A DNA stretch of 32,000 bases from Acaryochloris marina MBIC11017 (GTDB lineage: Bacteria; Cyanobacteriota; Cyanobacteriia; Thermosynechococcales; Thermosynechococcaceae), in assembly GCF_000018105.1 (NCBI RefSeq), contig NC_009925.1, positions 1,200,001 to 1,232,000 on the forward strand, given 5' to 3'. A program made the position numbers and the translations under genes. Of this stretch, positions 18,601 to 25,839 are shown one piece after another. Within the stretch, counting starts at the first letter, position 1. Every line of letters begins with the position of its first letter. The notes under the pieces are model-generated. The model worked only from the letters and a program-made list of their open reading frames with translations, was not told where the DNA came from and did not search any database.

Positions 18601-19898
18601 ACCAGGGTTCGGTGAGCTTGGCCCAGTTCCCCACCATAGGCTGCTTCTAACTGTTCTAGGGGGAGGTTCAACCACTGCTGGACCAGGTGTTGGCGATGTT
18701 GTCTAAGGTCAGCAAGTTCGGGTTGATCCTCAGGTTGGGTCAACGTGGTTGGCGGCTTGGGAGGGGCCGGGCTAACCGTGGGGTTCGGTTGCGGTGGGTC
18801 CGGGACCTGCGGTCCTAGGGTAATCAGTTGGGCAATTTCTTCGCTTTGGAACCCTAAGGCCATCGGGCGCTGCACCTGGGGCAAAATTTGGACATCGTAG
18901 AGTTCGGTGATGATGCCTTCAAACCGCAACCAATGTTCAATAGCTCCGGTATTGAGGTTAATCACCATCAGCCCACAGCGCGGGCTGGCATCCTTGGCTT
19001 TGAGTATGTCATCTAGGGGTAGGCCTGAGAAGGTTTTATCGCCATTGCGAGGTTGCGATAAACCGACAATGGCAAAATCCCCCCAAAAGGCCAGCCCTCT
19101 AAGGTAACCGGGGCAGAAAGCAATGGGTTCAAAGGTGCCGGTTCGTAAATCGACGTAGCCTAATTCTCCTCGACCGGAGTTGAGGAGCCAGAGGCGGTCC
19201 CGATACCAGCGAGGGGAGTGGGGCATAGAAAAGCCAGTCGCCACAATCTCGTTAGTGGACAAGTCCATCACAAGGCCGCCATCCTGACGGCGATCTCGCC
19301 AGCCATCAATGATGTCGGAGCGGCTGACGGCGGTAACGTAGCGGGGTTGGCCGTTTACAGCGGCTAATCCGTTCAGGTGGCATCGATCTTCGTTGATGAT
19401 GCGGGAAATAAAGGGCGGTTTCCAGAGGGGCTGGCAACTGTAGTGATCGCTAACTGTAGCGATGCAGTTGAGGAGGGTACTGACAAACACAAAGGGGACA
19501 GGGAGGGTTTCCTGCCAGGGAGTACCATCAATCCCTCGCTCGACTTCGACAATATCGTGGATATCTAAATCACCGGTGGTATAGCCTATTCGTGGGATGT
19601 AGAGCTTGTCGTAGCCGTTGTGTTGCTGTTGGCCAGATAAGACATTATCAAATCGCCAAATCTGATATTTAGAACTGAGGTAGAGGCGATCGGTCGTGGT
19701 GTAAAGGCCCATAGCCCGGTCAAAGATACGTTCAAACCCAGAGATAGTTCTACCGTCGGGACTAACGCCCAATAGCATCAGGCGACTGGTTTGGTAGGTA
19801 GTGCAGGCAATACTAATTTTCTGTTGTGCTAACCAGGGAATAAACTGACGATCTGCGGTGATGTCGTGACCTGAGGAAGAAGCGGTGCGTTTCGTCAT
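14301..19898 (-). CDS. Giant multidomain glycosyltransferase (TIGR03032/DUF4915-like + GT41-like + DXD GT-A-like + TPR + GT41)
   Basis: Single uninterrupted 1,865-codon ORF. The domain reading is given in the sub-features below. Confidence 0.9.
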   Translation of the reverse strand: MTKRTASSSGHDITADRQFIPWLAQQKISIACTTYQTSRLMLLGVSPDGRTISGFERIFDRAMGLYTTTDRLYLSSKYQIWRFDNVLSGQQQHNGYDKLYIPRIGYTTGDLDIHDIVEVERGIDGTPWQETLPVPFVFVSTLLNCIATVSDHYSCQPLWKPPFISRIINEDRCHLNGLAAVNGQPRYVTAVSRSDIIDGWRDRRQDGGLVMDLSTNEIVATGFSMPHSPRWYRDRLWLLNSGRGELGYVDLRTGTFEPIAFCPGYLRGLAFWGDFAIVGLSQPRNGDKTFSGLPLDDILKAKDASPRCGLMVINLNTGAIEHWLRFEGIITELYDVQILPQVQRPMALGFQSEEIAQLITLGPQVPDPPQPNPTVSPAPPKPPTTLTQPEDQPELADLRQHRQHLVQQWLNLPLEQLEAAYGGELGQAHRTLVNHDLRYEPLTAAEQAFIEPLMTALTTHPVQSLLALMPYRAAYQLPERWFEPITIPSWLVNDYLAYMQAVPLFFQAVGESEQYAQYLNHWFTFIHRKIHQNLNSASWQSVAAVAAEAVFAPIYFNDLNLKDTFIKWAAITEFSLEHRGMTVHQHGSPRPSHRSKIRLGVLNQAYSPHSETFSTLPFYEHLDRQQFEIILYAESSQDHPLEAYCRSRCDQFVLLPQDLPESVQRIRNDDLDILLFGINIAVGNKSTARLAMYRLARVQVSANSSPVTSGINNIDYYLSGELTTPAETFQSQYSEKLVTWAGPSCCYRFPPSAQQPTAASYYRRDLNIADDAVVFVSGANFFKLIPELRITWTQILAAVPNSVLLLYPFSAWSHHYPVSAFRNHMAALFAGDGIDPSRLIIQDPIPNREQVKQLLQIADVYLDAYPFTGVTSLLDPLEVGLPVVTQAGHSLRSRQGPALLESIDLTDLIATDEQGYVELAIQLGQDSTRRQQYRTLIQQKMAANPAFMDSPAYGAQVGTLLQQLLPSSFAELEEEHPPSASRRRQRVIAFSLWGANPKYTTGALKNADLAPTLYPGWICRFYVDQTVPSEVVNQLKARSHVEVIQLDGDRGWKMSFARFLPAADPDVEVLICRDADSRLNLREKAAVEAWLQSPQKYHIMRDHPRHNVPMLAGMWGVKGNVLDMELLVEQHLVDQADLGLRYGIDQHFLATQIYPKTQSSCMVHDEIFLQNPYPAARQGLEYVGQVFLEDESTLKPIDDLLQQHLLKNDPLALNGFEPSSPSATPATTLAAPSTVQALFERSRQLKKENKLTEAEACLREVIHLYPNHWGAYNNLGTLLQNQGNIQEAEACYQQALQLNTNFAEAHSNLASIWQLNEQPERAKAGFYRALQLKPDYVPAHLNLANLYKEQRRMAVAIEHYQKVVVAEPQHTEAHFSLGQIFEYQGKSEEALACYERALQGNPETHSLWFFISLVKIKLCNWQDYEAQVQRLQQMIAESFTAKYTPNPFVLSTFNFPLELHQAAARNQAQNAQRAVAQLRSSLTFAHPCKATPKLRIGYLSPDLRDHAVGRLVVDLFPHHNRDQYEIVAYTTVDVEDHITQQIQTGCDAFVDLSPLSTEQTAQRIYDDGIQILVDLAGYTIGNAASVLSLQPAPIQAQWLGYPDTMGAEFIQYALADQWLISPEIAQSYTEKIVYLPHAFVGSPLAISDRPMTRAEFGVPESGFVFCCFNSHYKITPDLFDVWMRILQQVPDSVLWLIEGAETVMGNLRTEAKQRGVNPDRLVFAPKIAHEDYLARYGLADLYLDTFVYNAGSTAVATCWSGLPMLTCPGPTNASRMGASICAAAGLESLICKSVADYEQRAIHLATHPAELAEIRNGLKRQLQSPETYPALFQVEQFVASLESAFQQMWQGYLNDAPLQDVVVSR
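15700..16196 (-). other. Domain: TPR repeats (about 4-5)
   Basis: 34-aa periodic helices with the W/Y-G-A-Y/F-A-P pattern (AYNNLGTLLQNQGNIQEAEACYQQALQLNTNFAEAHSNLASIW...). Confidence 0.8.
16326..16956 (-). other. Domain: compact DXD-containing GT-A-like module (aa ~980-1190), approximate bounds
   Basis: RVIAFSLWGANPKYTTGALKNADLAPTLYPGWICRFYVD ... VLICRDADSRL (DXD-like) ... MRDHPRH..PMLAGMWG. It resembles an uncharacterised nucleotide-sugar transferase family. Confidence 0.45.
17010..18113 (-). other. Domain: first GT41 (OGT/SPINDLY-like) catalytic-type module (aa ~595-960), approximate bounds
   Basis: IRLGVLNQAYSPHSETF...ILLFGINIAVGNKSTARLAMYRLARVQVS...VVFVSGANFFKLIPELRITWTQIL...LDAYPFTGVTSLLDPLEVGLPVVT parallels the second GT41 module of the same protein position by position. 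Confidence 0.55.
18815..19898 (-). other. Domain: TIGR03032 / DUF4915-type domain of unknown function (aa ~1-360), approximate bounds
   Basis: The motifs HSPRWYRDRLWLLNSGRGELGYVD, CPGYLRGLAFWGDFAIVGLS and GLMVINLNTGAIEHWLRFEG..ELYDV match the invariant motifs I recall for this uncharacterised family. It is followed by a Pro-rich linker, PQVPDPPQPNPTVSPAPPKPP (~18720-18815). Confidence 0.6.
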
Positions 19899-20533
19899 TG
19901 CATTCTGAGTTCAGGAGATATCTGCATTACAGCATTAATTTCTCCATAGTTTGCCCTTTGTCTCAGCTAAATTTTTGCTTCCAAGCCATTAAGAGATCTG
20001 TGCTAAGAAACTTTTCTTGCCCGTAGCCCTATGGGGAACTGGTTGGCTATCCCGAGGAGATAAGTCTATCTGATCATATAGATGTCCGTTTTATGGGAGT
20101 GAGGATCTGCGGTTATGGGGCGAGCAAGATTTCTAGTTGATCTAGAGTGGGCAATAGTGAAACATCCTATCCACAGGCTAAATATGCAATCTCAATTGAG
20201 TGTTTAAGATATGTACATTTTCATGGGCAAGAAAATATACTTTAGCTGTATGAAAGATCTCTTCACTTGTCCATACTAGGTTTAGCCCTAACCTTGTTGG
20301 GGCAGGCCTATCTTTATATCTACACCATAGTTCCAGCTCTTCTTCATCATTGATGGTGGGCTGAACAATATTCAAACACTGGATTGGCAACCGCTCTTAA
20401 TCGCATTTGAACCATACAGCTCTTAGGCTGATGACTTGTGAAGGCTCCCTAAAGAAGGAGCTGAAGCAACTCATGAGTCTTGTTCGCTATGGGTGGAAAT
20501 TAGCTGCTACACATTCATCACGTCGTCCCTAAA

Positions 20534-23500
20534 ATGCTCTCTCAGTCCCCAACCCCCTTGTCCTCCGCCTGCCAGACTTTACAGCGTCTCGTTATTATTG
20601 ACCCCACAATTGATAAACCTCAGCATTTGATTGATGGTGTTCTGCCCGGTACAAGGGTGGTAGTGCTGGACCCTGAGCGAGACAGTATCCCCCAAGTTAC
20701 GCAGGCATTGCAAACGCATGGGCCGATTGCAGAGGTGCATTTAGTCAGTCACGGGGCACCTGGTCAAATCCAGTGGGGCAATTGTTGGCTAACGCTGGCA
20801 AACTTAGGGCAATATGCGGTTGAGCTACAGCTCTGGGGAGATCTTTTAGGGGAAAAGGCAACGGTCTTTGTCTATGGATGTCAGGTGGCTGCTGGCGAAG
20901 TGGGACAGCGATTTATTCGACGACTAGGGCAACTGCTAGGGACTTCGATTGCTGCCAATGAGAATTTGACTGGAAGTACTGTAATGGGGGGGGATTGGGA
21001 ACTTTCCTATGGATTGTCCCCGATATTCTTATCTCACCGTTTATCCGCTCTTTTGCCGTTTACGACCACAACGCTCAACACTTATCCTGCTCACCTAGCT
21101 GCGGACTTTAGTGCACAAACCACCTTTGCGACTGGAGATGCCCCATCCTCTGTCAGCGTGGGAGACTTTAACGGCGATAGCCACGCTGACTTGGTGACGG
21201 TAAACTTCTTGAACAACAACGTTTCCGTTCTTTTTGGGGATGGTTCCGGTGGATTCTCTAGCCAAACCACCTTTGCAACGGGATACTCCTCTCTCTCTGC
21301 CAGCGTAGGAGACTTTAATGGCGACGGCCATGCTGATTTGGTGACGGCCAACGGCAGTGGCAACAATATCTCCGTTTTTTTAGGAGATGGCTCGGGCGGG
21401 TTCTCTAGCCCAACTACTTTTGCCGCAGGAAGCATCCCTATCTCCGTCACTGTGGGTGATTTTAATGGCGATAGCCATGCCGACCTGGCGGTGGCAAACA
21501 CTATTAGCCATAACATCTCCGTTTTCTTAGGGAATGGCTCTGGTGGGTTCTCTAGCCAAACTACCTTCGCCGTCGGAGATAGACCTAGCTCTGTGACCGT
21601 GGGTGACTTTAATGGCGATAGCCATGCCGACCTAGTGACGACCAACGGCACTAGCGACAACGTTTCTGTTCTATTAGGGGATGGCTCAGGTGGATTCTCT
21701 AGCCAAACCACCTTTGCCGCAGGGGATAGTCCTTCCTCCGTCACCGTGGGTGATTTTAATGGCGATAGCCATGCCGACCTGGTGACGACCAACGGCACTA
21801 GCGACAACGTTTCTGTTCTGTTAGGGGATGGCTCAGGTGGATTCTCTAGCCAAACCACCTTTGCCGCAGGGAATACCCCTAGATCTATTAAAGTGGGAGA
21901 CTTTAATGGCGACGGCCATGCTGATTTAGTGATGGCGAACCTCAATAGTAACAATGTGTCTGTCCTCGTGGGAGATGGCTCAGGCGGATTCTCTAGCCAA
22001 ACCACCTTTGCGGCTGGGTCTAATCCTACCTCCGTCATCGTCACGGACTTCAATGGTGACAGCCAAGCAGACTTGGTGACAGCGAACGATGGCAACAACG
22101 TCTCTGTCCTTCTGAATACAACACCAATTGACCATACTATTGCTGTGGATGTACCACAGATTATTGAAGGGAATAGCGCTAGCCAAACATTGACTTTTAC
22201 CATCACCCGCCCTGGGTTTACAGCCCAAGCCAGCAGTGTTGATTTCGCTATTGGGGGTTCAGCCACCAACGGCAGCGACTTCAACAATATCGGCGGCACG
22301 AGTGGAGCCACAGCAACGACGGGAACCATCAACTTTGCCGCCGGAGAAACCAGTAAAACCATTACTCTCGATGTCTTAGGAGATACCAGCTTCGAAACTC
22401 TTGAAACTATTGAGGTCTCCCTCAGCAATGCAACCGCAGGCATCAACACCGCGATTAGTGCAGATACCGCCACCAGCACGATCCTTAACGATGAACTCTT
22501 GGTGGACTTTAGTCCCCAAAGCAACTTTGCTGTCGAAGGTGGTCCCGCTGCTGTTAGCGTCGGGGACTTTAATGGCGATAGCCACGCCGACTTAGTAACA
22601 GGAAACTACTCCAACGGCAATATCTCTGTTCTGTTAGGAGATGGGTCTGGGGGATTCTCTAGCCAAACCACCTTTGCAGCTGGCACTGGCCCTTACTCCA
22701 TTACCGTTGGAGATTTCAATGGCGATAGCCAAGCGGACTTAGCGACGGCGAACTATAGCAACGGCAGCGTCTCTGTGCTGCTAGGAGATGGGTCTGGGGG
22801 ATTCTCAGGTCAAACCACCTTCGCAGTTGGCAGTAATTCTCGCTCCATTGCCGTCGGGGATTTTAATGGCGATAGCCACGCCGACTTAGTTGTTGCAAAC
22901 GATAATTCTAACGGTGATGTCTCTGTTCTGTTAGGAGATGGATTAGGCGGATTCTCTAACCAAACCACCTTTGCGGCTGGATCTAATCCTACCTCCGTCA
23001 TCGTCACGGACTTCAATGGCGACAGCCAAGCCGATTTAGTTGTTGCAAACAGTAGCGATGACAATGTCTCTGTTTTGTTAGGGGACGGGTCAGGTGGGTT
23101 CTCGAACCAAATCACCTTTGCCACTGGGAATAATCCATTCACCGTAGCTGCGGGAGATTTCAATGGGGATAGCCAAGCCGATTTAGTTGTTGCAAACGAG
23201 AGTGATAACAATGTCTCCGTTCTGTTAGGAGATGGCTCAGGCGGGTTCTCCAGCCAAGCCACCTTTGCGACTGGAAATCGTCCTAGATTCGTAGTAGTGG
23301 AGGACTTTAATGGCGATGGCCAAGCGGACTTGGTAGCAGCGAGCACCAACAACAACAACGTGTCCGTTCTGCTTGGAGATGGCTCTGGTGGATTTTCTAG
23401 TCCAACTACTTTCTCAGTAGGACATTTGGCTATCTCAAGATCTGTAGCGGACTTTAATGGCGATAGCCAAGCGGATTTGGTGACCACAAGTTTCGGGGGC

Positions 23501-25165
23501 AATAACGTCTCTGTCCTTCTCAATAACTCTGAAATCGATCACAGCATCAGCGTTGACGCTACTCAGATGATTGAGGGAGATAGCGGGAGTCAAACGCTCA
23601 CGTTCACCGTCACTCGTTCTGGGTTTACAGCCCAAGCCAGCAGTATCGATTTCGCTATTGGGGGTTCAGCCACCAACGGCAGCGACTTCAACAATATCGG
23701 CGGTACGAGTGGAGCCACAGCAACGACGGGAACCATCAACTTTGCCGCTGGGGAAACCAGCAAAACCATCACTCTTGATGTACTAGGTGACACTGACTTC
23801 GAGACCTTTGAGACCATTGAGGTGACCCTAAGCAATGACACAGCAGGGGTCAACACCACGATTAGTGCAGATACCGCCACCAGCACAGTCCTTAACGATG
23901 AACTCTTTACGGACTTTAGTGCTCAAACCACCTTTGCAACTGGGGAGAGCCCTTTCTCCGTAGCTGTTGGGGACTTTAATGGCGATAACCAAGCTGACTT
24001 GGTGACGGCAAACTACAATAGCGACAACATTTCGGTCTTTTTAGGGGATGGCTCGGGCGGGTTCTCTGCTCAAACTACCTTCGCGGCAGTAGATGGTCCT
24101 TATTTTGTTACTGTGGCAGACTTCAATGGTGATAGTCATGCTGACTTGGTGACGGCGAACTTAGGTAGCAGCAACGTGTCTATTTTGTTGGGGGATGGCT
24201 CGGGCGGGTTCTCCAGCCAAACCACCTTTGCGGTTGGGTCCTTTCCTAGTTCTGTTACTGTGGCGGACTTCAATGGTGATAGTCATGCTGACTTGGTGAC
24301 GGCCAACCAAGGTAGCAACGACGTCTCCGTTCTGTTAGGGAATGGCTCTGGTGGGTTTTCCAGTCAAACGACCTTTGCCACTGGAGATAGACCTCGCTCC
24401 ATTGCTATGGCCGACTTCAATGGCGACAGTCAGGCTGATTTTATAACCGCCAATCAAGGTAGCGACAACATCTCCGTCTTTTTAGGGGATGGCTCGGGCG
24501 GGTTCTCCAGCCAAACCACCTTTGCCGCTGGAGATAGACCTTACACAGTAGCTGTGGGAGACTTTAACAGCGATAGCCAAGTCGATTTGGTGACAGCCAA
24601 TGCTGGGGACGACAACGTTTCCATTCTGCTAGGGAATGGTTCAGGGGGATTCTCTAGCCAATCTACCTTTGCGGTGGGAGATCGCCCTTTCTCTGTCAGC
24701 ATCGGAGACTTTAATGGTGACGGCCAAGCTGACCTAGTGACGGCGGACAATATTAGCAACAACGTCTCCGTTCTCTTAGGGAACGGTTCTGGCGGTTTCT
24801 CTAGTCCAATCACCTTTGCCACTGGGGTAAATCCCCCTTCTGTAACCGTAGGTGACTTTAATGGTGATGGCCTAGACGAGATAGTGGTGGCAAACTTCAG
24901 TAGCAACAGCCTCTCTGTCCTCAGCGCCAACACCACACTGGCCTCTTTAGACGGCTCCGGCAATCTAGTGATCACTGACCGTTCCAACTCTAAAGACGAT
25001 ACCCTTACCCTCACCAGCGATGGCAGCAACATCACCCTTAGTGATCCAAACAATCTGCTCAACCATGCCATCTCAGGAGCTACAGGCAATGGCACCAACA
25101 CCCTTACCATCCCTAATGCACTAGTGCTTCGCCACAGTGATTATGACAGGATAGTTTGGGGATAG
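20534..25165 (+). CDS. N-terminal fragment as currently translatable (1,543 aa): DUF4347-like domain, 3 x 7 FG-GAP blades, 2 Calx-beta domains
   Basis: Track ORF. The last 14 codons (VLRHSDYDRIVWG) are read from the IS end. No N-terminal signal peptide is evident. Confidence 0.85.
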   Translation: MLSQSPTPLSSACQTLQRLVIIDPTIDKPQHLIDGVLPGTRVVVLDPERDSIPQVTQALQTHGPIAEVHLVSHGAPGQIQWGNCWLTLANLGQYAVELQLWGDLLGEKATVFVYGCQVAAGEVGQRFIRRLGQLLGTSIAANENLTGSTVMGGDWELSYGLSPIFLSHRLSALLPFTTTTLNTYPAHLAADFSAQTTFATGDAPSSVSVGDFNGDSHADLVTVNFLNNNVSVLFGDGSGGFSSQTTFATGYSSLSASVGDFNGDGHADLVTANGSGNNISVFLGDGSGGFSSPTTFAAGSIPISVTVGDFNGDSHADLAVANTISHNISVFLGNGSGGFSSQTTFAVGDRPSSVTVGDFNGDSHADLVTTNGTSDNVSVLLGDGSGGFSSQTTFAAGDSPSSVTVGDFNGDSHADLVTTNGTSDNVSVLLGDGSGGFSSQTTFAAGNTPRSIKVGDFNGDGHADLVMANLNSNNVSVLVGDGSGGFSSQTTFAAGSNPTSVIVTDFNGDSQADLVTANDGNNVSVLLNTTPIDHTIAVDVPQIIEGNSASQTLTFTITRPGFTAQASSVDFAIGGSATNGSDFNNIGGTSGATATTGTINFAAGETSKTITLDVLGDTSFETLETIEVSLSNATAGINTAISADTATSTILNDELLVDFSPQSNFAVEGGPAAVSVGDFNGDSHADLVTGNYSNGNISVLLGDGSGGFSSQTTFAAGTGPYSITVGDFNGDSQADLATANYSNGSVSVLLGDGSGGFSGQTTFAVGSNSRSIAVGDFNGDSHADLVVANDNSNGDVSVLLGDGLGGFSNQTTFAAGSNPTSVIVTDFNGDSQADLVVANSSDDNVSVLLGDGSGGFSNQITFATGNNPFTVAAGDFNGDSQADLVVANESDNNVSVLLGDGSGGFSSQATFATGNRPRFVVVEDFNGDGQADLVAASTNNNNVSVLLGDGSGGFSSPTTFSVGHLAISRSVADFNGDSQADLVTTSFGGNNVSVLLNNSEIDHSISVDATQMIEGDSGSQTLTFTVTRSGFTAQASSIDFAIGGSATNGSDFNNIGGTSGATATTGTINFAAGETSKTITLDVLGDTDFETFETIEVTLSNDTAGVNTTISADTATSTVLNDELFTDFSAQTTFATGESPFSVAVGDFNGDNQADLVTANYNSDNISVFLGDGSGGFSAQTTFAAVDGPYFVTVADFNGDSHADLVTANLGSSNVSILLGDGSGGFSSQTTFAVGSFPSSVTVADFNGDSHADLVTANQGSNDVSVLLGNGSGGFSSQTTFATGDRPRSIAMADFNGDSQADFITANQGSDNISVFLGDGSGGFSSQTTFAAGDRPYTVAVGDFNSDSQVDLVTANAGDDNVSILLGNGSGGFSSQSTFAVGDRPFSVSIGDFNGDGQADLVTADNISNNVSVLLGNGSGGFSSPITFATGVNPPSVTVGDFNGDGLDEIVVANFSSNSLSVLSANTTLASLDGSGNLVITDRSNSKDDTLTLTSDGSNITLSDPNNLLNHAISGATGNGTNTLTIPNALVLRHSDYDRIVWG
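20582..21015 (+). other. Domain: DUF4347-like N-terminal domain, approximate bounds
   Basis: LVIIDPTIDKPQHLIDGVLPGTRVVVLDPERDSIPQVTQALQTHGPIAEVHLVSHGAPGQIQWG...VFVYGCQVAAGEVGQRFIRRLGQLLGTSIAANENLTGSTVMGGDWEL matches the pattern I recall for DUF4347, found at the N-terminus of giant cyanobacterial repeat proteins. Confidence 0.6.
21100..22125 (+). repeat. FG-GAP/VCBS-type repeat block 1: seven blades of about 49 aa (147 bp)
   Basis: There are seven units of FSSQTTFA.G..P.SV.VGDFNGD(S/G)(H/Q)ADLV..N...NNVSVLLGDGSGG. Blades 4 and 5 share 115 of 117 nt (21608-21724 vs 21755-21871). Confidence 0.85.
22125..22500 (+). other. Domain: Calx-beta 1, approximate bounds
   Basis: EGNSASQTLTFTITRPG..AQASSVDFAIGGSATNGSDF...TINFAAGETSKTITLDVLGD..FE..ETIEVSLSN is the Calx-beta pattern. 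Confidence 0.7.
22500..23525 (+). repeat. FG-GAP/VCBS-type repeat block 2: seven blades
   Basis: It has the same unit as block 1. It is offset by 1,407 bp from block 1, measured from the Calx-beta landmarks at 22217 and 23624. Confidence 0.85.
23530..23905 (+). other. Domain: Calx-beta 2, approximate bounds
   Basis: Near-copy of Calx-beta 1. A 56-nt run and a 44-nt run are identical between the copies, separated by a single C/T difference (22241-22341 vs 23648-23748). Confidence 0.7.
23905..24935 (+). repeat. FG-GAP/VCBS-type repeat block 3: seven blades
   Basis: Seven further units follow. The last (FATGVNPPSVTVGDFNGDGLDEIVVANFSSNSLSVL) is degenerate, as expected for a closing blade. Confidence 0.8.
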
Positions 25166-25839
25166 AGTCGGCTGAGTTTAGTTCGTGCATCATCCACCGT
25201 AAACAACCAATTAACCGTTGCCTTATCATGGTTCCGCCTTTTTTCCCATGCAGTGACCTCGTACCGGAGTTGTTCAATATCAGGAATCCGCCGATTTAAG
25301 CATTGCCTCGAAAGGGCAGAGAACTCAAACTCAATCATATTGAGCCAACTGCCATGTTTTGGGGTGTAGTGAAACTGAATACGCTTGAGAATCCGCAAGG
25401 CTTCATCTGGATTGAAGGTTTTGTAAAGTGCTGCGGGAGAATGGGTATTGAGATTGTCCAAAACAACATGTAGCTTGTCAGCCTGGGGAAACAGACCATC
25501 CACTAGATATTGCATGCAAAGTGCAAAATCTTCGCTTTTGCGATGCTCAGTCACCTTCAAATGTCGCCAACTTTTGAGCGGTTGAAAAAAGCCAAATATA
25601 TTACAAGTGCCCTTCCGCTCATATTCATGGTCGTAGCGTTGAGGACGACCGGGCTTCGGTGGACGGGGCACCCGGGTTTCGCCAATCAGTTGGCAAGGCC
25701 GTTCATCAAAACAAACAACAGGCTCATCAGGATCGTAGGGTTGGGCATACCAATCTAGAACGTTCTCCATCCGCCAAACAAAGTCTGCGCCTACAGTAGA
25801 AAAACACCACTGCTCTTTTAGCCAAGGCTTAAGCTGTTT
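25141..25839 (-). CDS. IS630-family transposase, DDE catalytic part (orfB frame, open upstream to the A7 run)
   Basis: The track ORF 25141-25770 (VCFDERPCQL, VVLDNLNTHS, HYTPKHGSWLNMIEFEFS) extends without stops upstream as KQLKPWLKEQWCFSTVGADFVWR, back to the slippery run. Confidence 0.85.
   Translation of the reverse strand, partial: KQLKPWLKEQWCFSTVGADFVWRMENVLDWYAQPYDPDEPVVCFDERPCQLIGETRVPRPPKPGRPQRYDHEYERKGTCNIFGFFQPLKSWRHLKVTEHRKSEDFALCMQYLVDGLFPQADKLHVVLDNLNTHSPAALYKTFNPDEALRILKRIQFHYTPKHGSWLNMIEFEFSALSRQCLNRRIPDIEQLRYEVTAWEKRRNHDKATVNWLFTVDDARTKLSRLYPQTILS

Noticed and set aside
14886-19568. Short ORFs inside the giant glycosyltransferase gene (14886-15104, 15101-15448, 16144-16383, 18907-19107, 19377-19568).
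   Set aside because: They overlap a continuous 1,865-codon frame with recognisable domains throughout. Nothing indicates frameshifts or nested genes.
20178-20390. 70-aa minus-strand ORF in the divergent intergenic region.
   Set aside because: It has no recognisable motif, no convincing RBS, and lies in a likely promoter/leader region. It is kept only as a note inside the intergenic-region finding.
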